A stretch of 64,000 nt of DNA from positions 96,001-160,000 of the forward strand of contig JANLSU010000039.1 of NCBI GenBank assembly GCA_031362565.1, in the 5' to 3' direction. Each line of letters opens with the position of its first letter. The stretch's first letter is position 1. The stretch comes from a bacterium. GTDB lineage: Bacteria; Krumholzibacteriota; Krumholzibacteriia; G020349025. Positions 28,848 through 39,084 of the stretch are shown one piece after another. Both the position numbers and the translations under genes were made by a program. Below the pieces are notes generated by a model. The model did not search any database, had not been told where the DNA came from, and saw only the letters and a list, made by a program, of their open reading frames with translations.

Positions 28848-31594
28848 GGTCCCTTTCCAGCGATATCCGCGATCTCGCTTCGCAACCGGTCGCACCGGTC
28901 CGCGAGGTCCACACGGCGGGCTCGTTCGCCGTCGACCACCGCGGCAGGTGCCTTGTCCACGAAACCCGGCTTGGCGAGCTTGCCGTCCAATGCCGCCAGA
29001 TCCCGTTCCGCCTTGTCCAACTCGCGCTGCAACCGGTCCCGTTCGGCGCCCAAATCCACCAGTCCGCCGAGCGGCAAGTAGATCTGCAGATCACGCACCA
29101 AGAGCGAGATCGCGTTGTCCGGCCGCACTGCCGTCGGCTCGACGCTCTCCAGCTTCGCGTGCAGCTTCAGGAGCTCGGTCTCTTCCACACTCAGGCCGGC
29201 ACCGCTTCGCGTGTCTTTCTGCACGAGCGCCGGTGCCTTTTTGCCGGGCGGTACGTTGCGTTCCGAGCGCACCGTCCGGATCGCACTCGCCGCTTCGATC
29301 ATCAGCGCGAACCGGTCGACACTCGCGGCGTCGCGTAGCGCCGCAATTTCGCGCGGGAACCGGCTTGTGATGACCAGCCCCGCGGTCCCGGGGATGCGGC
29401 TCCAAAGCTCTTCAGCCAGGAACGGCATCAGCGGCGCGAGCAACTTCGTTGCGGATGACAGCAAGACGAAGGCCACGGCGTGGGCACTGCGCGCGGTCGC
29501 GCGGTCAGCGCTCTGGAGGCGTGGCTTGATCGACTCCAGATACCAAGCGCAGTACTCGTCCCAGAAGAAGTGATAGAGGTCCGAGGCCGCATCGTTGGCG
29601 CGCAATGAATCCAAGTTCCGGCGCATCGTCGTGACGGCTTCCGTGTAGCGGTGCAGAATCCAGCGGTCCTCCAGTCGCAGGTCCGTCTCGATGCCCGCCG
29701 GCAGCGGCCGTCCGAACGACTCGGCCCAGAGCGCCGCGAGCCCTTCGGCGCCGGCCGCTGGTGGCGTCACCGGCGCATCGCCTTCCAGACCCAGCTCGGC
29801 GACAAACCCATGCGTGCTGGCGCTCGTCAACACGAGACGTGCCGCATTCCAGATCTTGTTGGCGAAGTGCTGGCCGGTCTCGACGTTCTTGGCGTCGAAG
29901 TACGTGTCCTGCCCGGGCGGCGACAACATGACGGTGGAGAAGCGCACCGCGTCCGCACCGCAGTTGGCGATGAGATCGAGCGGGTCCGGCGAGTTGCCGA
30001 GCGACTTCGACAACTTGCGCCCCTTGGCGTCACGCACGATGCCGTTCAAGAGCACTTGCGAAAACGGCACGTCGCCCATGAATTCGAGGCTCGCCATGAT
30101 CATGCGCGCCACCCAGAAGAAAATGATTTCGTAACCGGTGACGAGCAGAGTCGTGGGGTGGAAGCGATTGAGATCCGCGGTCTCCTCCGGCCAGCCCATC
30201 GGCGAGAACGGACACAGCCACGACGAAAACCAGGTGTCGAGGACGCTTTCGTCTTGTTGCAAGCGCGCGTCGCCGCATTTTTCGCACTGTGGCGGCGCGG
30301 CGTGCGCCGCCACCGCATGCTGGCACGCCACGCACTCGTACACCGGGATGCGGTGCCCCCACCAGAGTTGCCGCGAGATGCACCAATCTTGAATGTTGCG
30401 CGTCCAGTGCAGGTAGACGTTGCGCCAACGTTCCGGATAGAAAGTGACGCGGCCGTCTTCGGCGGCCCGCACCGCGGGTTCGGCGAGCGGCTTCATGCGC
30501 ACGAACCATTGCTGGGACAGGTAGGGTTCGATGACCGTCTCGCAGCGATCATGGCGCCCGATCGCCAGCGTGTGCGCTTCCACCTTCTCCAAGAGTCCAT
30601 CGGCCTCCAGCCGTTCGACAACGCGGGCCCGCGCCTTGAAGCGATCGAGACCCGCGAACGGGCCGGCAAGGGCGTTCATGACGCCCGCCGGGTCGATGAC
30701 CACCGGTGACTCGAGGCCATGGCGCTTGCCGACGTGAAAATCATTCGGATCGTGGGCCGGAGTGATCTTCACCATGCCGGTGCCGAACGCCGGGTCGACG
30801 TACGTGTCGGCGATGACCGGGATCTCGCGCCCCAGGATCGGCAGCCGCAGCATGCGGCCGACGAGTTCGCTGGCGCGGGGATCTTCGGGATGAATCGCGA
30901 CCGCGACGTCGCCCAAGATCGTCTCGGGGCGCGTCGTCGCGACGCGCACGAAACCGCTGCCGTCGGCAAACGGATAGCGCAGCGTCCAGATCTTGCCCTG
31001 TTGCTCGACGTGCTCTACTTCTTCATCGCTGATGGCGGTGCGGCAGGCCGGGCACCAGTTGGTGATGTAGGCGCCTTTGTAGATGAGCCCCTTGGCATGC
31101 AACCGAATGAACACTTCGACCACGGCGCGGCTCATGCGTTCGTCGAGCGTGAAGTACTCGCGGTCCCAGTCGAGCGACCAGCCGAGGCGTTGCATCTGTT
31201 GCACGATGTGGGCGTGCGACTTGGCCTTCCACTCCCAGCAGCGCTCGACGAAGGCTTCGCGTCCGAGCGCCGCCGGGTCGATCCCCTCTTGGCGCAGGTT
31301 TTTCTCGACCACCTTCTGGGTCGCGATCCCGGCGTGATCCGTACCCGGCCACCAGACGGTTTCGCGCCCCTGCATACGCGCATAGCGCACGAACACGTCC
31401 TGCAACGTGTTGGCGAGCACGTGCCCCATGTGCAGCACACCGGTGACGTTGGGCGGCGGCAACAGCACGACATAGGGCGGCAGGCCGTTGGTCGACGGCA
31501 CGGGAGCGAACGCCCGGCTCTCCTGCCAGCGCGCCACCCACGGCGGTTCGACTTGCGCGGGGTCGTAGGCCTTGTCGATCGGGGCGCGATCCAT
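28844..31594 (-). CDS. valS: Valine-tRNA ligase
   Basis: PPPNVTGVLHMGH, PGTDHAGIATQ, WCISRQLWWGH and KLSKS; C-terminal coiled coil. Confidence 0.99.
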   Translation of the reverse strand: MDRAPIDKAYDPAQVEPPWVARWQESRAFAPVPSTNGLPPYVVLLPPPNVTGVLHMGHVLANTLQDVFVRYARMQGRETVWWPGTDHAGIATQKVVEKNLRQEGIDPAALGREAFVERCWEWKAKSHAHIVQQMQRLGWSLDWDREYFTLDERMSRAVVEVFIRLHAKGLIYKGAYITNWCPACRTAISDEEVEHVEQQGKIWTLRYPFADGSGFVRVATTRPETILGDVAVAIHPEDPRASELVGRMLRLPILGREIPVIADTYVDPAFGTGMVKITPAHDPNDFHVGKRHGLESPVVIDPAGVMNALAGPFAGLDRFKARARVVERLEADGLLEKVEAHTLAIGRHDRCETVIEPYLSQQWFVRMKPLAEPAVRAAEDGRVTFYPERWRNVYLHWTRNIQDWCISRQLWWGHRIPVYECVACQHAVAAHAAPPQCEKCGDARLQQDESVLDTWFSSWLCPFSPMGWPEETADLNRFHPTTLLVTGYEIIFFWVARMIMASLEFMGDVPFSQVLLNGIVRDAKGRKLSKSLGNSPDPLDLIANCGADAVRFSTVMLSPPGQDTYFDAKNVETGQHFANKIWNAARLVLTSASTHGFVAELGLEGDAPVTPPAAGAEGLAALWAESFGRPLPAGIETDLRLEDRWILHRYTEAVTTMRRNLDSLRANDAASDLYHFFWDEYCAWYLESIKPRLQSADRATARSAHAVAFVLLSSATKLLAPLMPFLAEELWSRIPGTAGLVITSRFPREIAALRDAASVDRFALMIEAASAIRTVRSERNVPPGKKAPALVQKDTRSGAGLSVEETELLKLHAKLESVEPTAVRPDNAISLLVRDLQIYLPLGGLVDLGAERDRLQRELDKAERDLAALDGKLAKPGFVDKAPAAVVDGERARRVDLADRCDRLRSEIADIAGKGP

Positions 31595-31833
31595 TTGCGA
31601 TCTCCATCCGAGTTTGGAAGTCGTTGTACGGCAGCGAGATGCCGTGCCTCCACGCTTACCACAGCGGCTGCGGACGGTCAACGTCGGGCAACCCGGGCGC
31701 TATGTGGGTGCGACTGCGGGCCAGTGCTCGCGCCGGCAAGTTGTCGCGGGCACTGGCGTGTGGTGTGAACGGATCGGACAGCAATGAAGCTGGAGGGCCG
31801 CGCCAGGGCCACGCCCGGTCGGAGCCAATCCTG

Positions 31834-31905
31834 ATGTCGCACTCCGGGCATGCAGCCCGTCCCCACGACTCACCGCTCTACAAGCTGGTGCAAGATCGCT
31901 TCGAT
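31834..31905 (+). pseudogene. Possible N-terminal remnant of an IS91-like transposase
   Basis: ARPHDSPLYKLVQDRFD resembles, from memory, the N-terminus of IS91-like transposases. There is no continuation. Confidence 0.25.
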
Positions 31906-32008
31906 ATCGCTTCGATGCGCTGGCGTTGGTTCACGAGGAGCGGTTCCAGAAGTCGTAGCGGCGTGCTTCGTCAGAAAACGGGGGCAGGTCAGGGACTTCT
32001 ATCCCTGA

Positions 32009-32074
32009 TATCTCGTACCTCAGCAGCACGCCCGATTTGAACGGATTGGGAAAACACGACACGAGCCGCGTCTC
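32009..32074 (-). pseudogene. Orphan fragment of a secretion C-terminal tail
   Basis: ETRLVSCFPNPFKSGVLLRYEI matches the start of a T9SS/FlgD-like tail and then degenerates. Confidence 0.5.
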
Positions 32075-32238
32075 GCGCGGTGGTTGGGGACCGAGCAAAT
32101 CGATCGGGCTGCCCTTTCTCCCGACGCCCAAGACGGCCGTTATTCGTGTTGCGTACGGTGCGAACTTTCCTGAAGATTTCGAAGTCCGGCTAGTCGATCG
32201 CTCCATTGGCGTGATTCAGGCTCTGTCCGATCAAACAC

Positions 32239-32388
32239 CTCTTCCAAAACGTACCGAATCCGTTCAACCCGACGACCCGCATCGCCTTCCTTCTACCGCA
32301 GGCCGAGTCCGTCGAGCTGATCGTGCACGATGCCGCCGGTCACCGCGTGGCCACGCTCTTGCGCGGCCCCATGTCCGCCGGCCATCAT
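32239..32388 (+). pseudogene. Orphan fragment of a secretion C-terminal tail
   Basis: LFQNVPNPFNPTTRIAFLLPQAESVELIVHDAAGHRVATLLRGPMSAGHH follows an in-frame stop at 32212 with no start codon. It closely resembles the tail of the 54479-55903 protein. Confidence 0.7.
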
Positions 32389-32547
32389 GACTCCCCCCTC
32401 AGTTACAGGCTTCGGGTACCATGCGCTATTGTAGTGTCTCTAAAACGGCTTTACAGCGACCACCCTTGCGCATCGGCCTCGGAAGCGATTTGCTTTCTAT
32501 CCCTGAAGCAAACTACTAGCCACCCTTGGCTTGGAGGTGCCGGAGTC

Positions 32548-33762
32548 ATGATTCCTCGCGCTCTTATCCTGGCACTGGTCCTTCTTGGGTACCCCGTCGC
32601 CGCCGGCGCCGAATGGGTCGAGTTCTCGCTGCCGGGCATTCGCGTGCGTTCGCTCATACAGTCCAGTTCAGGTACCTGGTTCGCCGGGGGGGAGGGAGGC
32701 CTGTTCCGGTCCCTCGATGGCGGCTCGACGTGGACGAGCATCGAGACGCTGCCGTTTGACCACACATTCGTGGTGGCCGCGGGCGGTGACTCGAATCTCG
32801 TGTTCGCCGCTCGCGAGACCGGGATCTACCGTACGAGCGACGACGGCATCTCATGGATTCGACTCGGCGATGACGTCCTCTCGACTTACTCGCTCGCATC
32901 CGCCCCCAACAACGACCTCTACGCTTCCGGCGCATTCGGGACCCAACGCTCCACGGATCGTGGCCTCAGTTGGTCGCAGGTCGGGGAGATTTCGGCGGGT
33001 TTCACCGACGGGATCGCGATCGACCCGAACGGCCTCGTGTTCGTCAGATCTCTCGGCGCGGACCTTCACCGCTCCAGCGACAGCGGCGCCTCATGGCAAG
33101 AGGTGGCTCCGACATCCGAGTTCAAGCTGGCTCTCGCCGTGAGCCCGCGCACTGGGACGGTACTGGTAGGAAGCATTACGTTCGGTACCCCGTCGATGCT
33201 CTCGATCCATCGCTCCACCGATCACGGGGCAACGTGGCAGCGAGTGGTGCACCGCGTCGGTATTGTCGACGCCATCCAGTTCTTGAGCAATGGCGATGCG
33301 CTAGCCGGCGCGGACATCGTGCTTCACTCGACCGATGATGGCCTCACCTGGATGCCTCGGAATGGCGGTTTACCGACTGGTGTCCCGGTCACTTGCTTCG
33401 CTCAGATCCAGGGACAGGTGTTCGCGGGGGTCGACTTTCTCGGTCTTTGGAGAGAAGAGAATTTGATCGTCTCGGTGCCGCTCACTTCGCCAGCGTCGAA
33501 TCGCGGCCTGCATTTGCGGGCGACGCCCAGCCCGTTCATGAGCCAGACCACTCTGGCCTTCAGCTTGAACAGCGCCGCTAGGGTCAGTCTCGATGTGTAC
33601 GGGCTCGGGGGCCGCCGAGTCGTGCGTCTCGCGAGCGGCGTGTTCCCAGCCGGACCGCATTCCGTTCCGTTTGACGCGCATGGGCTGCCGGCCGGAGTTT
33701 ACTTTGCCCGGCTGACGATCGGCGGTGCATTTACTTCCACGCGACTGGTTTCGGTGAAGTGA
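32548..33762 (+). CDS. Secreted BNR/Asp-box beta-propeller protein with T9SS-like C-terminal tail
   Basis: Signal peptide; repeated S-x-D-x-G-x-[ST]-W boxes; tail PSPF...YGLGGRRV...GVYFARL. Confidence 0.85.
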   Translation: MIPRALILALVLLGYPVAAGAEWVEFSLPGIRVRSLIQSSSGTWFAGGEGGLFRSLDGGSTWTSIETLPFDHTFVVAAGGDSNLVFAARETGIYRTSDDGISWIRLGDDVLSTYSLASAPNNDLYASGAFGTQRSTDRGLSWSQVGEISAGFTDGIAIDPNGLVFVRSLGADLHRSSDSGASWQEVAPTSEFKLALAVSPRTGTVLVGSITFGTPSMLSIHRSTDHGATWQRVVHRVGIVDAIQFLSNGDALAGADIVLHSTDDGLTWMPRNGGLPTGVPVTCFAQIQGQVFAGVDFLGLWREENLIVSVPLTSPASNRGLHLRATPSPFMSQTTLAFSLNSAARVSLDVYGLGGRRVVRLASGVFPAGPHSVPFDAHGLPAGVYFARLTIGGAFTSTRLVSVK

Positions 33763-34509
33763 CATGGAAAGACCCGATGTCAGGCCCGGCGGGACGCAGC
33801 GGATTCTGCAGTGAGCGCTGCTGGGCTCCCGGAAAGAGCACCCCGTTTCGGTCGCGGAGCTCCCTGTGAACTTCGACCGCGTGCACCGCCGGAGCGACAA
33901 ACGAGAGCGAGATCCCCCGCAATAACCGCCGCGCGGCCTCGATTCCACTCCCGTGCCGCTCAACAGTTCGAACACCCAAGACAATCCGCGCCTCAGCCAC
34001 CCGACCGCGACACCATTGCCCGCCCGGACTACGAAGCGATTTACTCCCATTTCTTGGCTGGGAAGCTGCGCGAGGTAATAACGAACCGGTTGGCGACAGC
34101 CTCGGCCGCGACGCCGGTGAACCGAAACTCGAGCTCAGCGATCACTTCTTTGGGCTGCCCGGCGGCCCAGCAGAGTTCCTGAGCCGTCGAGGTCGAAGGC
34201 CATGACATGATGCGATAGACGCCGCTCGGCGCGGTCGACAGGTCGGCGTAGTGCCCCGGATGCTCGGGCGCGCTGGGGCACGGGCCCAGACCGCGGCGAT
34301 GGTTCACGAATAGGGGGCACATCCGGCACCCAGACTCGCCCCCGGTTGGGCCTCCGGCCCCACCGAGGGTGCGCTGCTGGCAGGCCAGCGGCCAGCGCGC
34401 GGGCCTGCGGCGACAACGAAAGTCACGCCGGCGGCGGAACTCGGATTCCACGAGAGCCCGACGTCGCAACGACGTGGCGGCACGAATTGCAACCAGAGGA
34501 GGCTCAAGA

Positions 34510-35673
34510 ATGGGACGGCCGATCATCGCGAGTGCGGCTCTATGCTTCGCGCTCGCACCGACTGCATGGGGCGCCTCGATCGGGATCTTCGGCAGCAGCG
34601 ATTGGGCGTCTTGCGATCTCGCGATCGCATTCGGAGAGACGCATTCACAGGGTCGGGCGGCGAACGGCGGACCGACAACTCGTTCCGGCGAACTTGACTC
34701 GGCAGCCGCGGCGCGCCAGGAGCCATTCACGCGCCGGCCGCTTGATCTGCGGCGCGGCGAAGAATGGCGCGGGGAAGGAATTGCGTACGGTCCGCACCGC
34801 GACGGGCAGCGCCCCGGGGGCGCGGCGCCAAGCCGGAGCCAGATTACAGAGGATCTCCGGCTCCTCGCGCGCCACTGGCGCTGGATCCGCGTCTACGGTT
34901 CGGCAGAGTTGGGCGAGATCATCCTGGGCGCGATTCAGAGCGAGCGACTCGATTTACAGGTCATGCTGGGAGCCTGGCTCGCCCCGGAGGAGAGCCGGCC
35001 CGACAGCTCCGGAGCCGTGCAGCACTTCCCCACCGTGCGAGTGGAAAACCGGCGCGAGATCGACGCTGCGGTGCGGCTTGCGAACGCCTATCCCGGTGTC
35101 GTGTCGGCGGTGTGCGTCGGCAATGAGACCCAGGTCTCCTGGTCCGATCATCGCAGCCCGCCGGGTGTTTTGATCGGCTACTTGCGCGAAGTGCGGGCGC
35201 GAACGCACCTGCCGGTGTCCACGGCGGACGACTTCAATTTCTGGAACAAGCCCGAGAGTGACGCCGTGGCGCGCGAGTGCGACTTCATCGTGATGCACGC
35301 GCACCCGCTTTGGAACGGTTTGCAGCTCGAGGATGCTCTCGACTGGACACGTGCGACACTCGCGGACGTGCAGGCAAAGCATCCGGATGCGCTCATTGTG
35401 CTCGGTGAGACCGGTTGGGCGACCAAGCGCAGTAATCAGGGCGACCAGGGCAAACTGATGAAAGGCCGTCTCGGGGAAACGGAACAGGCGGCGTATCGCC
35501 GGGCTTTTTGCGCCTGGGTGCGACGCGACCGTGTCGCATCGTTCTTCTTCGAGGCTTTCGACGAAAATTGGAAGGGGAGCGAAAACCCGGACGAGGTCGA
35601 AAAGCACTGGGGACTCTATCGCGCAAATCGCACGCCGAAGGCCGCAATGGGGGGAAATGGGACGCGTCGATGA
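34510..35673 (+). CDS. Glycoside hydrolase family 17 (beta-1,3-glucanase/glucosyltransferase)
   Basis: GAGGAGG RBS and signal peptide; GIAYGP, WIRVY, VGNE, LGETGW, FFFEAFDENWK and EKHWGL. Confidence 0.88.
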   Translation: MGRPIIASAALCFALAPTAWGASIGIFGSSDWASCDLAIAFGETHSQGRAANGGPTTRSGELDSAAAARQEPFTRRPLDLRRGEEWRGEGIAYGPHRDGQRPGGAAPSRSQITEDLRLLARHWRWIRVYGSAELGEIILGAIQSERLDLQVMLGAWLAPEESRPDSSGAVQHFPTVRVENRREIDAAVRLANAYPGVVSAVCVGNETQVSWSDHRSPPGVLIGYLREVRARTHLPVSTADDFNFWNKPESDAVARECDFIVMHAHPLWNGLQLEDALDWTRATLADVQAKHPDALIVLGETGWATKRSNQGDQGKLMKGRLGETEQAAYRRAFCAWVRRDRVASFFFEAFDENWKGSENPDEVEKHWGLYRANRTPKAAMGGNGTRR

Positions 35674-35858
35674 CGCAACCGCCGTCACGAGATGCACGCG
35701 CCAGACGCACATTGTTACCGGCTGGTGGACCCGCGCCAGGCGACCCGAGCGGCGGCGTCGACTCGTGTCGCCGATGCGCCGCACATGCAGGCCGCGGCTG
35801 CTCACGAACTCTGGTCTCTCTTGACGCGTCAGCGGCCGCGGCGTAGTGTCCCTCTTCC

Positions 35859-38800
35859 ATGACACTGCCGTCCAAGCAAGCGCAGGTGGAGCCTTTTCGC
35901 AGCAACGGCTCGTTGGGAGTTCGGAGCTCCGGCCGGATTCTGCGTCTACTGCCGTACGTTCCCCTCCTCGGGTTGATTGTCCTGTTTCCCGCGAGGGCGA
36001 TCGCCGGGCACCCGGCGCCGCCGCGCGGGCCGCTCGAGCAGTTCTGCGCTTTTTCGCCAGACAGCACTGCTGCACGTGAGGACTTGTTTCGGGCTAACCC
36101 GAATGCACTGCGGCTCGCCTTCGCCGAGCGGCTGGCCCGCTGCGGCACGCCACGCGGAGTGCCGCCTTGTCTTTGGGACGTGGCGCGCCTCGACTGCACA
36201 GTGAACACCGATCCGATCCGCGATTCGTTGCTGATCCGCGACCTTCGGATCGTGCCGAAGATGACTCCAAAGCAGCGCGCGCAGTGGATTCTGGGCGTAC
36301 GCGCCGAGCAAGCGGCGCTGGCGATCGCGCCACCGAACGCGGATCAGGCGGCGTATTTTGCCGCGGCGGCCGATGACTTCGACCGTGCCCAGCATCTACG
36401 GCGCCAAGCGATCGTGCTGGGGTCACTGGGGCGGTCACTCTTCCAGATCCAGAAGTACGACGATGCGCTTGCTGCGTATGCGCGCGCCCTCGAGGCGCGC
36501 CGCCGGTTGGGCGACCAGCGTCTCATCGAACTCTCGCTCCGGTCGCTCGGAAGCACGCAGTTGTTGCGTGATCATGCCGAAGAGGCGGTGACCTACTACA
36601 AGCAAGCGCTCGAAGTGGGGCGCGCGCGTGGCGACGCGAAGAGTGTTGCAACGACGTTGCAGTCCCTGGGCGACGCATATCGGCGATTGAATCGCTTTGC
36701 GTTGGCACGCGACTGTTACGAAGAGGCGCTTCTTTCCATTCCGCTGTTCGCGCCCACGGATCCAATGATCAATCGTGTGTGCATTGGCATGGCTGGCGCC
36801 TACCGCGAACTAGGTAACCTTCAACAGGCCCGTCGCGTCGTCGCTGACGAGGTCGACCGTCTCGTAGCCATTCACACTCTCGCATCGAGCCCCGTCCTAG
36901 CCGTCACACGCGGGCTCTATGGTGATGTCCTTCGGCGTTGCGGACTGCTCGGGCAAGCACTCGAACAACTAGAGGACGCGGTCGCGGCGTTGGAGTCGGC
37001 GCATGCATGGTCGGACCTGGCGCGAGCCGAGAACTGTTTGGGCACAGTGCACAACGAACTCGGGCAGCATTTGGTCGCACTGCAGCTATTCAGGAGTGCC
37101 AAGACGCACGCCGAACAGTCCGCCAACCGGGACGACATTGGGTTCGCGTGCATGAATCTTGGTATTACATTTGCCTACACCGTTCAGCCAGACTCCTCTT
37201 CGCTCTATTTTCAGGCGGCGCTCGACATATTCCGCGATGGCACGGATCAATCGCGCATGGCGGATGCCCTAGAAACGTGGGCCGAGGTGCTTGTCGCAAA
37301 CCATCACGGCTCTGAAGCCGAGAGAGTCGTACGCCGTGCCATGATCATCAACGAGAAGAGCGGCGATAGTCTCAGGCTCTTGGAAAATCGCCTGTGTCTT
37401 GGAAACGCACTGGGCACCGCCGGCCGACCAGGCGAAGGCGAGAGAGAGTTCCGGCTGGCCATCACAATGCTGGGCGCTCCGGGCCTTCCTTCGTACTTAC
37501 GCTTCGCGGCGTTTCTGGGCCTTGCTGATAACCTCGAGCGGTCGGGGCAGTTGGACAGCGCGGCGGTGTATTGTGAAGGCGCCATTGCGGTTCTCGAGAC
37601 CGTTCGCGGCGATCTCCCCATGGCGGACGCCCAACGAGTGTCATTTCAACGGAGTAAGTCGTATGCCTACGAAGCACTTCTGCACGTTCTAGCGACCCTG
37701 GATTCACAACGGCCCGGTCAGGGATATGCCGAGCGTGCGTTCCATGTGGCGGAACTTGCGAAGGCGCGCGCGCTCCTTGATCGGATTGAACACGGTCGCC
37801 GAGATTCCGATTCTTCCGGGCGATGGAGCGAGCTGACGACGCCCGTGTCCTTGATTGGCCTTCGCGATCGCGTCCTCGCGGAATCGAAGAGTGTGCTACT
37901 TGAATATGCTTGCAGCGATACCGTGGCGTACCTCTGGATTGTGACGCGAAGTCGAGTCCAGCTCCACCGGCTTTCTCCGCCGGAGGAGATTGCCCGAGAG
38001 GTACGGCAACTGCGTAGCGCTCTCATGGAGCAGAACGCGTCGTTCATCGATCCGTCACGGCGCCTCTGTTCCACGCTGCTCGGACCTGCGGCAGAACAGC
38101 TTCGACACAGCAACGTGGTTTACATCGTGCCCGATGGCGATCTGTTTCTCGTTCCATTCGAATCGTTGGTGAACGCCGGATCGCATGTGAATTCGTCGCA
38201 CGTTGAACGAGCGCATCGCGACCCGTCCAGAGCGCGCGGGGTCCAGGTGGGCCGGCCCTCCGAGCCGGCCGCATCGCCGGCGCGGCCGGATGGCGTGACC
38301 TACGAGTTGAGCCATGCGCAGGTGGCCTACGCACCCTCCGCTACGGTGCTCGCGCTCCTTGATTCCGTTTCCGCTGTCAGCCAGAGCCAAAGCGTTTCGA
38401 GGACACTCCTCGCGCTTGGAGATCCGGCATCCCTGCAGCCATTTCCGCGTCTGCCCTTTGCAGCACAGGAAGTCGAGGTGATCGGCAGGTTGTTTTCCGC
38501 GGACCAGCGGACGGTGTGGACCGGGCCCCAGGCGCTAGAGGACTCGCTATATGCAGCGTGTTCGCAGGGATCCTACCGGCTCTTGCATTTCGCGACACAC
38601 GGTGTGATCGATTCGCTTCTGCCGGAGCGCTCCCACCTATTGCTTGCGACTACGACGCAGTCACATTGTGACGGCGTCCTCAGTGTCGACGAGATCGAGC
38701 AATTGCCGCTGCAGGCGGATCTTGCGGTTCTGTCGGCCTGCGAGACCGGCCTTGGCGGCGTCGTCCGGGGTGAGGGCGTAATGGGTCTCGCGCGGGCGTT

Positions 38801-39047
38801 CTTGTTTGCGGGTGCTCGCTCGACTGTCGTGAGCCTGTGGAACGTTCAGGACCGCTCGACTTCGGAGTTCATGTCGCAGTTCTACCGGCGTCTATCTCGG
38901 GGCGATACATCGATCGGCAAGGCGCTCTGGGAAGCAAAGACAGAAATGCGACGAACTGCGGAGTTTGCGCACCCGTTCTTCTGGTCCCCGTTTGTGCTGG
39001 TTGGCCCCGGGAACGTCATGATCCGGTCGCCGGGACGATCGCATTAG
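35859..39047 (+). CDS. TPR-repeat + CHAT (caspase-like) domain protein
   Basis: Many TPRs; AFHVAELAKARALLD, IVPDGDL, LPFAAQEV, LHFATHG (His), VLSACETG (Cys) and HPFFWSPF. Confidence 0.92.
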   Translation: MTLPSKQAQVEPFRSNGSLGVRSSGRILRLLPYVPLLGLIVLFPARAIAGHPAPPRGPLEQFCAFSPDSTAAREDLFRANPNALRLAFAERLARCGTPRGVPPCLWDVARLDCTVNTDPIRDSLLIRDLRIVPKMTPKQRAQWILGVRAEQAALAIAPPNADQAAYFAAAADDFDRAQHLRRQAIVLGSLGRSLFQIQKYDDALAAYARALEARRRLGDQRLIELSLRSLGSTQLLRDHAEEAVTYYKQALEVGRARGDAKSVATTLQSLGDAYRRLNRFALARDCYEEALLSIPLFAPTDPMINRVCIGMAGAYRELGNLQQARRVVADEVDRLVAIHTLASSPVLAVTRGLYGDVLRRCGLLGQALEQLEDAVAALESAHAWSDLARAENCLGTVHNELGQHLVALQLFRSAKTHAEQSANRDDIGFACMNLGITFAYTVQPDSSSLYFQAALDIFRDGTDQSRMADALETWAEVLVANHHGSEAERVVRRAMIINEKSGDSLRLLENRLCLGNALGTAGRPGEGEREFRLAITMLGAPGLPSYLRFAAFLGLADNLERSGQLDSAAVYCEGAIAVLETVRGDLPMADAQRVSFQRSKSYAYEALLHVLATLDSQRPGQGYAERAFHVAELAKARALLDRIEHGRRDSDSSGRWSELTTPVSLIGLRDRVLAESKSVLLEYACSDTVAYLWIVTRSRVQLHRLSPPEEIAREVRQLRSALMEQNASFIDPSRRLCSTLLGPAAEQLRHSNVVYIVPDGDLFLVPFESLVNAGSHVNSSHVERAHRDPSRARGVQVGRPSEPAASPARPDGVTYELSHAQVAYAPSATVLALLDSVSAVSQSQSVSRTLLALGDPASLQPFPRLPFAAQEVEVIGRLFSADQRTVWTGPQALEDSLYAACSQGSYRLLHFATHGVIDSLLPERSHLLLATTTQSHCDGVLSVDEIEQLPLQADLAVLSACETGLGGVVRGEGVMGLARAFLFAGARSTVVSLWNVQDRSTSEFMSQFYRRLSRGDTSIGKALWEAKTEMRRTAEFAHPFFWSPFVLVGPGNVMIRSPGRSH

Positions 39048-39084
39048 GAACCTCGAGCCAATCGTCCTCTCCGCGCCGCCGTTC

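Noticed and set aside
33763..34509. ORFs 33811-34182 (+) and 34041-34730 (-)
   Set aside because: No RBS or recognisable family; probably degenerate or non-coding DNA.
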